From Octopus sinensis (Eukaryota): 64,000 nucleotides of DNA. How positions within the stretch are numbered: position 1 is the stretch's first letter; every line of letters starts with the position of its first letter. The stretch covers positions 180,358,001 through 180,422,000 of the forward strand of contig NC_042997.1 in assembly GCF_006345805.1 (NCBI RefSeq), in the 5' to 3' direction. The notes beneath the pieces are model-generated. The model had not been told where the DNA came from. It was given only the letters and a program-made list of their open reading frames with translations, and ran no database searches. Made by a program: the position numbers and the translations under genes. This document shows, piece after piece, positions 52,501 through 64,000 of the stretch.

Positions 52501-53266
52501 TGTGTGTGTGTGTGTTATATCACATTATATTATATACATCTGATGAAAACCGCGTTTTCTATGATGTAATGTACTCATTTATCTGTTTAAAAATGCGTTA
52601 GAAACACCTGTAGTGAACTGACATTTATCCATCGTTTGTTCTTTATTTATTTGCTGTATATATAAAACACAATAACACAGAGAATGAATATACATTATCA
52701 ATGATTTTATAAGCTGACATGTGTTTCACATTCAGTGTCGTAATGCAACTGCTGCATATTTAATCGATCCTATATTTGATCGAGAAAAATATCAAGGGAG
52801 AAGAGAGGAATTAACTGTCATTATATTGTTATCGAAGCGAAAATGCCTCTTCATTTTTGTTGACCAAATCAAGGATCGATTAAATATGCGTTTTGCAACA
52901 AGCATCGATTGCATTGTTCCACTCTAAATGAAACAGTTGTAAGCTAATTAAATCCTTGATAGTGCATCTTCTTTGTTCATATTCTGTTTTTTCTAATATA
53001 CTTTTTGATTAATGCACTATATTTAATTAGTTTTCGAGCGTCGGATTTACAAAATGTATGTGTCGCAGGAAATTAATAACGTAACAACGAACCATATGGA
53101 TTGCTGTGGTCTTGACCGGGCAATTTTGTTAGCCAGGTTCTATACCTATACGTCCAAGTATTCGTCCACATATACTTAATCCTAATTATCCGTCATCATG
53201 TATATATATTATATATTATATATAAATACATATATACATTTAAGTGTGTATGAGTGTGTATGTATG

Positions 53267-53319
<53 letters not shown>

Positions 53320-53321
<2 letters not shown>

Positions 53322-54290
53322 AGTGTGTGGAAGCAACACTTGGAATATAATAGATAATTCACTAAATTGTTTATTTTACAACAACCAGCAACCTGAGATA
53401 TATATATATAATTTTAACACAAGCTTATAGATATATCTTATTCAATATGTCTGCCTTCATTGTCCATCACAGCCTTCACATGCCGCCTGAAGGTGTCATA
53501 ACTCTTCATGATGAAGTACTCAGACATGTTGTCCCACTCTTCCCTTAGGTCTTTCTTGAGATGATCAACATTTGGATACGAAGTTCTGTTTGTAGATTGT
53601 TCAAATTCGCCCCAAACCGTATAGTCTAGGAGGGTCGAGTTTGGGCTGGAAGAAGACCAGACTTTGGCCAGTCAAAAGACAGCAAAGTAGTCTTCCCAGA
53701 ATTTTCTGCACTCTCTTCGTTGTATAAGCAGGTGCATCATCTTGGGTCCACAAATAATCAGCGTTGAAGTAGTTAGACTTCAGCCAAGGCAAAACTTCAC
53801 ACCGTGGGACTTTATAATAAACTTGAACCTCCACCTCTTCTCCAGACTTGAAATAAATGGAGTGACATCTTTTTTTCCATCAGGTGCCACGACTCCAAGT
53901 ATCATGATTTGAGATGGATGCTTGGTCCTAAAGACACTCTTTACTTCAGAAGATGACTTGGCAGTGTATCAACCATTGCGACAGTAAAGATTTCTTCATC
54001 AGCGGTAAAGATTTTTTTCATCTGAAAGGATTTCGATGGGTTTTCCCTTGTGCTTCAGGTATCGCAACACTTTTGTAGCCCTTTCATGACTTCTGGCTTT
54101 CATTGCATGGGTCAGTACATGTGTCAGTATCCTCACGTATGACTCCAAATGTAAATCAATGTGTACAGTAGTTCTGATGGTCTTTGGATCAGCTTTCATG
54201 CTCATGGACAGTTTTTTAAATGCTTTTCGGTCTTTCGAAACTTTGCTGTGGTGAGATTATTCTGCTTTGTTTTTATCCAACTTCTTTGCT
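53320..54290 (-). mobile_element. Decayed Tc1/mariner (DD37D-like) transposon
   Basis: ILSDEK; EVLPWLKSNY...YLWTQDDAPAYT.KRVQK; frameshifted SP.LDP.DY region. Confidence 0.85.
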
Positions 54291-54363
54291 TCCTATTGAT
54301 ACCTCTCATGTCCCGCATTCAGTTCTTAACGTTGTAGACGCGCGCGCGCACGTACACACGCAC

Positions 54364-54443
<80 letters not shown>

Positions 54444-54465
54444 CTGAGTGTGTGTGTGTGTGTGT

Positions 54466-54993
54466 GACGGTCTTCTAGTTTCCGTCTACCAAATCCACTC
54501 ATAAGTCTTTGGTCGGCCCAGGCTATACTCTCTCTTTTTTACTCTTTTACTTGTTTCAGTCATTTGACTGCGGCCATGCTGGAGCACCACCTTTTAGTAC
54601 TTATTCTATCGGTCTCTTTTTTGCCGAACCGCTAAGTGACGGGGACCTAAACACACCAGCATCGGTTGTCAAGCAATGCTAGGGGGACAAACACAGACAC
54701 ACAAACACACACACATATACATATATATACATATATACGACAGGCTTCTTTCAGTTTCCGTCTACCAAATCCACTCACAAGGCATTGGTCGGCCCGGGGC
54801 TATAGCAGAAGACACTTGCCCAAGATGCCACGCAGTGGGACTGAACCCGCAACCGTGTGGTTGGTTAGCAAGCTACTTACCACACAGCCACTCCTGCGCC
54901 TAGTTGAAAACAATTGCTCAAGGTGTACCGAAATGAGACTAAACCCGGAACCATGTGGTTAGGCAGCAAGCATCTTACTACACAGCCACACCT
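54466..54993 (-). mobile_element. SINE family 1 cluster: near-full copy 54536-54901 plus two fragments
   Basis: Direct match to 18100-18483. Confidence 0.9.
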
Positions 54994-55211
54994 ATATATA
55001 TATATATATATATATATATTTACATTATATCAATAGAACATATCAAGCGATTAGGTTTATCTTCTGGCGTCCTGTTCTAGGACAGATACATTTTTCTACA
55101 CTAGGAACAAAGTTGCAACCTAGATTACTTATAATAATATCCAATCCAAGATTCTACACGTATCGAATGATAATATAAGTAATGAAAAGTAGCGACACTG
55201 TCTATCGTTTA

Positions 55212-55258
<47 letters not shown>

Positions 55259-57800
55259 GTGTGTGTGCATCATATATGGGTAGAGGACATAAAAAAACGT
55301 TGAACACAATCAGAAGCGAAAACAAAAACAAAAACATAGACATGAACTTTTTTTCAAACAAGGAAAAAAACAGAAACAAGACATACAACACAAGGAATAT
55401 TCCCCTTCTTCAGTTGTCCCTGTTTTATGTTCTCCGCGTTCGAAGGTAAGGACTAGACGCGACTTCTGTAAAACAGTCCTTCCCGCAAAGTAAATTAACT
55501 AAAATTTGGGGGTTTTGCGGAGGGTGAAAAGGGGCAACAAGAACAGGACAATAAGAACAAAACAGTAAAAACAAAAATAAGTAAAACCAGTAAAAGATAC
55601 AACAATGAAAACAAAACTGAAAAAACAAACGATGAGGCAGTTAAGTCAAGATGATGGAAAAATTATTCTGAACGTTTAAGGAGACAGCTTATGAAAGAGA
55701 CAGGATAAGCTGATCTGGTCTTGGTGAACATAGCAGTCGGAAAGATGGCTTCCCTCTGATCACGTATCAGCGACGCGAGAGTCGAGGAGAAGTAAGAGAG
55801 AGGGAACGCTGAAGGGGAGAGGAGAAATATAGGGAAGAGTGGGAGAGAAAACTAGAAAAGATGAAGAACAAGAGAGGAAGAGAGATAGACAGAGAAGAAA
55901 TAGTAAAATATATGTGTGTATGTATGTATGTATTCCAAGGACAAATCTAATATGCAGTTAAATAAAAATCTTCCGATTGATATATTTAGATATGTATGTC
56001 ACATCCCATTCCGAGGGAGAGTATTAATACATTTCGCTCATAATTATATCTGTTAAAATGTACTGAATATGCTATTATTTGTAAATGTAACTCGCATGAC
56101 TAGAATTACAAATAAATTTACCATTATTGTAAATTTTCTACTTAATATCTTCCAAACGATTTTACAATGTCCAAAATAAAATTGATTTCTTGTACGAAGC
56201 TATCATTTTTTTTTTTATTATTATATTGTGCAATTAAATAGTCTCCTTCTCGAAAACAGTAACAGTTTATACCTCCATACTTTATTTCTATGATTATTCT
56301 CAATTCGAAAGCTGCCAAAATGTTGTTAATGTATGTACGCATGTGTATTTGAAGGTCGTATTGGCAGATTTTCAAAAACGATATTGCCAATATAATTATT
56401 TATAAGAAAATTAATTACCCAAAACTTTTGAGATCTGAAGAAAACAAAAATATTACCAAATAGCTAGGAAACTTAACATTCGGTTTGTAAAATTCTTCGT
56501 TAAATTTCTCATATATTCAAACAAAATATTCAACATCTTACTCAAATGACACTGACTGCTGCCAATTTCTTATGCCAACCATCCATTCATGTAGCGTTTA
56601 ACAAATTACAGAATGGCATAAAATCTTTGGATTTGAGCCGAACAGTATTTCTGAAGAGGATTAACAGGATGTTGTAAAGAATTTTCATCTCTTGAGTTAT
56701 AAGTATTATTGATTTATGATTTTATCTTCTTTTACTGACTATGGAGTCAACGTTTCAAAGATCCCTTTATGCTTTTTTTTCTTATCTTTTCTACTTTAAT
56801 GCTTTCCACTTATTTACAGCTGCAAGTCATGACTTTCCAGTGACCCAATTCTAGTTACTTCCTTGACAATATTGAACCGGTATTTCTCGTAGTTTCAGAA
56901 CGTTTGAGTGAAACAGATAGTATCACCCACTGCCACATTGTTCAATTATTATTTATACGTTAAACAGTCACATTTTCTAAATTTAGACTCCGCTTATATT
57001 CCTTGGTATTATTGTGTAGTAATGTATTCCATCTGTCATTTTTATAATACTTCTGAGTGAATGCATGTAAATTTTATTCCAAGTTAATATATGTATGTCC
57101 AGATGGATGGATGGATGGATGAATGGATATGTAGTGCAGTTATGTGCAACGAGTATGCGGTGGTTTTATCATAGTTTTATCGAATTCATAAATTTTCACA
57201 AAATACTTCAACCATTTACTCAAAAATTTACCAATTTAATAGTCGATAATACTTTATTGATTTTATTGAGATTGCGTTAACCAATACTGGGTTGTGAAAT
57301 TAAAATTTGCGAAATAATTTCGTTAAAGTACTTTCAGTCTAAATGCTATTGAAAAACAATTTAATTGTAGTTATTTTCCCTTCAGCATTCTTCCGTTGTC
57401 TTATAAAAAGTTTGTATCAAACTACAATGGAGATGCCTGAACTATCGAATATCTATCATTTCCCGGCGTTATTTAACCGATACTGGATATATTACAGCAT
57501 AGTATATAGTTTGGGAAACAATATGAGCCAGACATTTAAAATTGCACATACTTAAATAAAGCTTGTAAAAGTCATTATGTATTATATTCTGTTGTGTGCT
57601 ATAACCTACTAAGTACAGATAATAGATCCCAGCCACGTATATCTATATTTTTTGCTAGATTGTGTTTATTCACCACCAAAAGCTATGGTACAGTGCGATG
57701 TAGGTTATGAATTTAATGCATTCGATATCTGATGTTTCGGTGGTCCAAAATATTGCCCCTTGACTATGCGATAGGTCGGCATATTGTAATTATGTACATA

Positions 57801-58033
57801 CCTATTTTTTTACTACCCACAAGGGGCTAAACACAGAGAGGACGCACAAGGACAGACAAACGGATTAAGTCGATTATATCGACCGCAGTACGTAACTGGT
57901 ACTTATTTAATCGACCCCGAAAGGATGAAAGGCAAAGTCGACCTCGGCGGAATTTGAACTCAGAACTTAGCGGCAGACGAAATACGGCTACGCATTTCGC
58001 CCGGCGTGCTAACGTTTCTGCCTGCTCGTTGCC
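57801..58033 (-). mobile_element. SINE family 2 (MetaSINE-like), full length with TSD
   Basis: Flanked by ttgtaattatgtacata (57784-57800) and ttgtatttatgtacata (58034-58050). Confidence 0.9.
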
Positions 58034-58638
58034 TTGTATTTATGTACATATCGTCGGTCAATGGCTTTTGGAACTATATGTGGTATTAGTCTTCTAAGTG
58101 GACGTATTTTATGTAAATAGAATATTAAACCACTCGTAAATGGTCTCTCTTTAACATAGAGCTCTCGTTAGATACGTCAATGTCATTTAGTGTAATGGAT
58201 ACTGCTTAACTACGTTTCTTAAAACGGCCGAAAAATGATACACGCTACACTCACAGAGCTTTTATATTATACTAAAGGGAAAATCTTATTTACGATTCTG
58301 AAATTCCATATGAAATCAAGGAAATGGAAATGGAAATGCGAACAATACTGTGCGAATAGGAATTCATAAAATTTGATTAATTAATGTAAAACTATGACTG
58401 TAATTTAAGCATGCATCACCGATATTACTGAATTTCCGCATAAATTAGAAAACAATTTGCAAGTAACAACGAAATGCCATTAAAATACAACATGCTATCT
58501 TGCAGATATCCCCCTATTACTTACAATCTTGTTGTAGTAATGCTTAAGGTGCATTAGCAATAATTACTATATTCAATACTTTAGGTTCTTTTCAAAAATA
58601 TTAATAAAAATAGTTATTGTAATACTGCTAAAGCGCAC

Positions 58639-58674
58639 GATGATGGCGACGACTACGACGACGACGACGACGAC

Positions 58675-58718
<44 letters not shown>

Positions 58719-58760
58719 CGACGATGATGATGATGATGCGAACGACCACGACGATGATAA
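58639..58760 (+). repeat. (GAT)n/(GAC)n microsatellite
   Basis: Direct reading. Confidence 0.9.
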
Positions 58761-59091
58761 ACAAAATGCTGATGATTAACTTGATGACGACGTTGACGAT
58801 GTTGACGATGATCACGATGATAACAGAGTTGGTAGTGCTAGAGACGTTGATGTTGAAGACAATGCTGATGGAGATCTTCTTGGTCATTTCATATCAGATC
58901 TAAATGGAAATAAACTGATTTAGAAACACTTTATAAAACAATAATTAGTATAATTCTAGAACATGTACTTTCAAATCATAATCAATTTATCAAACAAAAA
59001 ATAATTTTAATAATCGACGTTTCAAATTCATAGTTTTATACACACACACAGACGCACCCCCCCCCCACACACACACACATGAATACATATA

Positions 59092-59141
<50 letters not shown>

Positions 59142-59241
59142 ATGTATGGATATAATTTGATACTATGTCGTATTACATATACATGTACATATATATGCAT
59201 GCATATATTGATATTTAGTGGGCGCATGTGCGTGCTTGGAA

Positions 59242-59338
<97 letters not shown>

Positions 59339-59513
59339 ACACATATATATATGTATGCATATATATATATATGTGTGTGTGTGTGTAGGTGTATATACAT
59401 GTATGTGTGTGTGTTCGTGCGTATGTTCAATACAAATTAAAGAGTTCAAATATCAAACGTTCTTTAATAACAGGACATTCATATGAACGTCTTTTGTTAA
59501 TTAGCATTATATT

Positions 59514-59558
<45 letters not shown>

Positions 59559-60215
59559 ATGTAAAAGCTAAATGCCCAATGAATAACTTACGAGTTATTC
59601 GTACATGTATGAATACCAGGTATTTAGAACTCAATTCCGATCAAGTATAGGGAGCTTTATTTGAATTATTTCCTAGGTATCTAATTCTAATTACTTCAGT
59701 GCGCGTAATTCTGAGAAATCCTTGACAGGATTATTTACAAATGTTAACTGCATTTCCATAGAAAGCAACGACCATAAGATTTAATTGGCTCTAACGATGA
59801 TGCCGAAATTTCATACGTTACCATAGTGAGTCTCATTTGTTGACGTTCCTCTAGCACGTGTTATTAATATAGTGGATACATAATACCTGCTATTTCCATC
59901 ATACAATGATGCTTTCCACATAAATATCAATGAAACTACTCTCATCAGAGAAGCGAATGTTGAAAGTAGGTTAAGTGTCTTTTATCACTGAATATTTGTC
60001 GTTTAGGACTCGTAATATTGCGTTTACTTGAATTAAACTTTCCCTATCGTGTTGTTATTGTTATTAATGTATTGATGTTGTTTATGTTAAAATCCTGGAG
60101 AGCAGAGTTTAAGCTGACCTTTAATCAAAGGCATTACAGCCTTTCTTTTTAGAATAATCTAAAACTACACTAACCGATCGCGTCCTTATTTAACGTGGTG
60201 GTATGTGATCTGTGA

Positions 60216-60449
60216 AGGCGGCGATCAGGCAGAATCGTTAGCACACCGGACGAAATGCTTAGCGGTATTTCGTCTGTCTTTACCTTCTGAGTTCAAATTC
60301 CGCCGAGGACGACTTTGCCTTTCATTCTTTCGGGGTCGATAAATTAAGAACCTGTTACGCACTGGGGTCGATGTAATCGACTTAATCCGTTTGTCTGTCC
60401 TTGTTTGTCCCCTCTGTATTTAGCCCCTTGTGGGTAGTAAAGAAATAGG
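60216..60449 (+). mobile_element. SINE family 2 (MetaSINE-like), full length with TSD
   Basis: Direct repeat ggtatgtgatctgtg at 60200-60214 and 60448-60462. Confidence 0.9.
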
Positions 60450-61537
60450 TATGTGATCTGTGGTGATGGGTATTTAGATGCTTTTCGATCAGATCATTCG
60501 ACTATGTATAAGTTCTATTTCCTGTTCGGTATCCATTCATCGATAATTCGAGCTGCAGCGTTTGGTGGAAAATAATATTAGTCTCAAAATATCAAAATGT
60601 TTTTATTGATATTCTATTAACACACTGTATGTTTAAAGTTTGTTAACTTCTTTATCAACTACTTTATTTTATTAAATTTGCCATAAAGGCAGTACATAGA
60701 GTAAGGAAGCTTGCAGGCTGGACACAGACATTAATAAGATGAATGATAATGATACCAGGATGATAAGGATGGGAGAAGGCGAAAAGCGCCCACCGACTTT
60801 TGCTTCTCTTTATCAACTACTTGATGACAGAATATTTCTTAGGTGGCTAAATTCAATGGTCGGCATATGAATTATTCTAATGTGCTCATGTGGATATTTA
60901 ACAAAATAGTGATACATGCTATTTGCTTCATAGAATGAAGATAAAAAATATATTTCTTCGTTCAATAAAAATCTATACGCATGCGCCTACAAAAGGCATA
61001 CGTCTAGGTCACTTACCTTGGTAGTAATTTAGCTAGAATGCACTGTGTTTGTTATATTACAGCAGCACAAGAATTTAAACTTGATTATCGAAAATGAAAA
61101 AAAAAAATAGAAAATTCACGAAAATTTCATATTTGCAAATTAATCATTTAAATTTAAAATATTCATTTTCTTTATTAATGATGAAAATTAATTAATAATA
61201 ACTGTCTCAGGAATTAGTGAGTAATTTATTAAACCAATGAAATCTAAAATTAAATATTAGAATTAATGTGGAAAAGACAACTCGAGAGCAATAAAAAGTA
61301 ATTCATGAAAAATATAATTCAATAAGTGTACAAGTAGACAAAATAAATTATCCCTCAATATTTTCATATGATCTCTCTCTCTCGCTGTTATACCTGTCCA
61401 CTTGTTAAGGCTATACACTTACAGTCAAAAAGAGATATTATGGAGACAATTGGGGAGTGAGTTGAGATTATGAGTTTGAAAACTGATCCGTATAAATCAC
61501 TTAGAATATACAACCTGATACTTAAATTTATACTAAA

Positions 61538-61926
61538 ACTAGCAGTATTAGTCTGGCGTTGCTCTGGTTTGTTCCGATCCTTTAGAATTGTAATTTTTGA
61601 AAAGTAAAAATTTTGCATTATGTAGCTTGTTATTCTCTTTAAGTGAACATTTTTTCTGGTTGAAATACACCGAAAAATGGCGACAGAGCGGTCAAAATAT
61701 CATAAAAATAGGGATTTTCATAGAAAAAAGCACCTTTTTGATGTAAATAATTTTTGTTGTTAACATGGCCGATTTGAATTTGTTCTTCTACGGAAGGAAG
61801 AGCAAGCTTTCTTCTATCACACTCTCAATTTTGGTCAACTTGCGCCGCAGGGGCACGGAGGAGCTAGTGTTAGATGAAGGCTACCAAACCTGCCATACAC
61901 AGCCAATGTCAGCTTTATATATATAG
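61538..61926 (+). mobile_element. Helitron/Helentron-type non-autonomous element (HINE-like)
   Basis: 5' actagcagtattagtctggcgttgctctgg resembles the 30324 start; 3' cagctttatatatatag. Confidence 0.6.
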
Positions 61927-62110
61927 CGATAAGGATGACATGAAAATTTTACCTACATAAATGTAATTAATTCGTTTCTAAGCACAGAATTAGAATTTTT
62001 AAATTGAATAGTATAAATTATTTGCTATTATTTAGCTTTTAACCTCGTACGCACTGATCAAACAGAATTCTGACCAATGTAACGAGATGCCAGATTCTTT
62101 TTAGTTATTT

Positions 62111-62872
62111 ACTAGCTTAAGGTGACCCGTTCTATGCGTGGGTGAGGGTGTGGTTGTTACTTTCTTTTGCTTCCTTTCTGTTTGTTATCGCCACATTCTC
62201 CCTTTTTGTTTCTCTCTCCTTTCTCTCTCACTTTTCCACTCTCTTACTCTTCCTTTCTCTCGGACTCTCCCTCGTTTTCTCTTACTCTCTATCTTTCTCT
62301 CTCCCATCTATAAAAAACAAACGATCTTGAGTAAATTGAGAAATAAAATATTTTGAAAGATCAATCATAAACATCAAGCAGTGACAACGGAAAACACACT
62401 TGCCTTTTGTACGTACCACTATTTGAGCGATTAAAAATAAGGAAAAAAGGATTTCTTTGTTAAATTTAGTCCTTACATTGGGAATTTTTCGACGATTGAC
62501 CATGGAAAGGAAAGCTCTAAATAGGGGCTACATACAGCTGTAAATTTCTTTCAGAAAAAATGAAAACTGTAAACAATAAAAAGTAAAACACAAAAGAACG
62601 TAAAAATGAGAAATTTTTTCAACTTCAAAAATCTTGCCTTAATTTTCAAAATTTCGAACCCATTTCTGCGCTTAAATTACAAATCCGCTTCCACTTTATC
62701 ATGTTGAAAATTTGAGTCAAGTGTTCCCCAAAATCAATAAGATCCCGTTTTCGCACCAAAGCAACTACTCAGCTCCCCAAAACATCTTCCAATTAATTTC
62801 TCATCTCAAGTTAACCCCTCCTGTAAATTTTAATCTCCTTCCAGCCCCATTTAGACCCCTTTTTATATAAAA
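62111..62872 (+). mobile_element. Possible Helitron/Helentron-type non-autonomous element
   Basis: 5' actagcttaaggtgacccg; 3' cttttttatataaaat-like end; internal CT-rich tract. Confidence 0.4.
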
Positions 62873-62937
62873 ATCCAATTTGTATCATTATTCCCCTTCT
62901 TCGTTTCATAGATTAGATTTATTTAATTAATTAATCA

Positions 62938-62984
62938 ATTAGTTAGTTAGTTAGTTAGTTAGTCAGTCAGTCAGTTAGTTAGTC

Positions 62985-63057
<73 letters not shown>

Positions 63058-63075
63058 ATTAATTAATTAGTTAGT
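62938..63075 (+). repeat. (TTAG)n/(TCAG)n microsatellite
   Basis: Direct reading. Confidence 0.95.
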
Positions 63076-64000
63076 TTTGTCAGTAATGGTATTACGTTGT
63101 GCAACGTTGCCTAATAACTGTTTCTATAAGGTTATTCTATGGCTTGACGGAAAATCATCTCCTTGTTCCATGTCAAAGGAAAACATATACTCGTGTCATG
63201 GATTCTGTATTATATTTGAATATGATAAACGATCGTATCAAATCTCAAACACTCTGGTAACTTACATTTTCTTTTCCAATAGAGATATCCAATATCATCA
63301 AATTGCTGTGATGCCGAATAAGCAATATCTGATTCAATGATATTTTTGTCAAATGCATTCTGGCTGTAAGCTAATTCTATCATAAGCACTGTTCCAAAAT
63401 GTTAAATGCAGGTGTATAGAATAGTTATTGCAGCCTATCTTCGATACACATTAAGTACAAATGTTTATGATGAAGTTTTTTGTCAGTTATAACGTTATCG
63501 AAAAATAGACTGAAGCTACAGATAAATTTGACTTCTATTTCTAGCATGAATAGCAAACATGTAAAAATTCCCGTTTGGCTTGTGTAGCACTTAGACTCTG
63601 ATATCTGATTAGATCCGTTTCCATCATACGTGACCTTTGAATTCGCGAACGCAAGAAGGCTGTGAAGACAGCTTAGAAAATCAGAAAAGATATGTGGCCA
63701 GAAGACAGAAAAAGAAAATTGGCTGGAAGACGGAAAAATTAAGTGACTGCTAATCGAAACCTGCACCTCTCAAATTCTGTTTGAACGCCCTGTAGCTCTA
63801 AGCCAAAGACTACCGAGGGCAGATACTAAGTAATAGATTTTAGAATATAAGAACATTGTGTAAGTAACCTTATTAGCGCCACCTGACTGTATTCTACAGA
63901 AAATAAAAGAATGTGAGAACGTAGGAAGTCGTTGAAGACAATTCAGAAAATCGGATACAGAGTTCTCAGCCGGATTCTCAGACAGGCAACGTTCTATTCC

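Noticed and set aside
53990-54030. CTGATGA on the minus strand
   Set aside because: It is coding sequence of the mariner transposase (SDEK..T.DE region) with no HHR stems.
55390-55450. Possible type II hammerhead on the minus strand (gaac...ctgaagaagggg)
   Set aside because: GAAA is incomplete and stems I and III cannot be formed from this copy.
62938-63075. Telomere-like repeat
   Set aside because: The unit is TTAG, not TTAGGG or TTAGG; it is an ordinary tetranucleotide microsatellite.

Overview
AT-rich eukaryotic DNA, dense in microsatellites and mobile elements, with no host protein-coding exon I can support. The SINE and transposon content suggests a cephalopod (Octopus-like) genome; this is an inference. 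Conventional content: decayed Tc1/mariner transposons (DD34E, DD37D-like, DD41D-like), a Ty3/gypsy gag-pro-RT fragment, R4/Dong-like, APE-RT and L1/Tx1-like LINE fragments, a decayed Penelope-like (PLE) ORF, two abundant tRNA-derived SINE families and Helitron/Helentron-type non-autonomous elements. The main finding is about 20 type I hammerhead ribozyme (HHR) motifs, intact or decayed, from at least 8 distinct sequence families. Two arrays of ~470-nt and ~490-nt units (12.2-14.8 kb and 40.2-42.7 kb) carry one HHR per unit. Each has a palindromic stem III and a long hairpin in loop II, is arranged as inverted plus direct arms, and sits inside (TA)n. Three more relatives lie at 2.8, 17.7 and 47.1 kb, and compensatory changes between families support the fold. 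There is also a head-to-head pair of tRNA-headed SINE-like elements with an HHR in the tail, and two smaller HHR elements with inverted terminal copies. Together these look like a diverse PLE-associated, retrozyme-like system. All folds were read by eye; activity is untested, and some copy-to-copy differences may be sequencing error.
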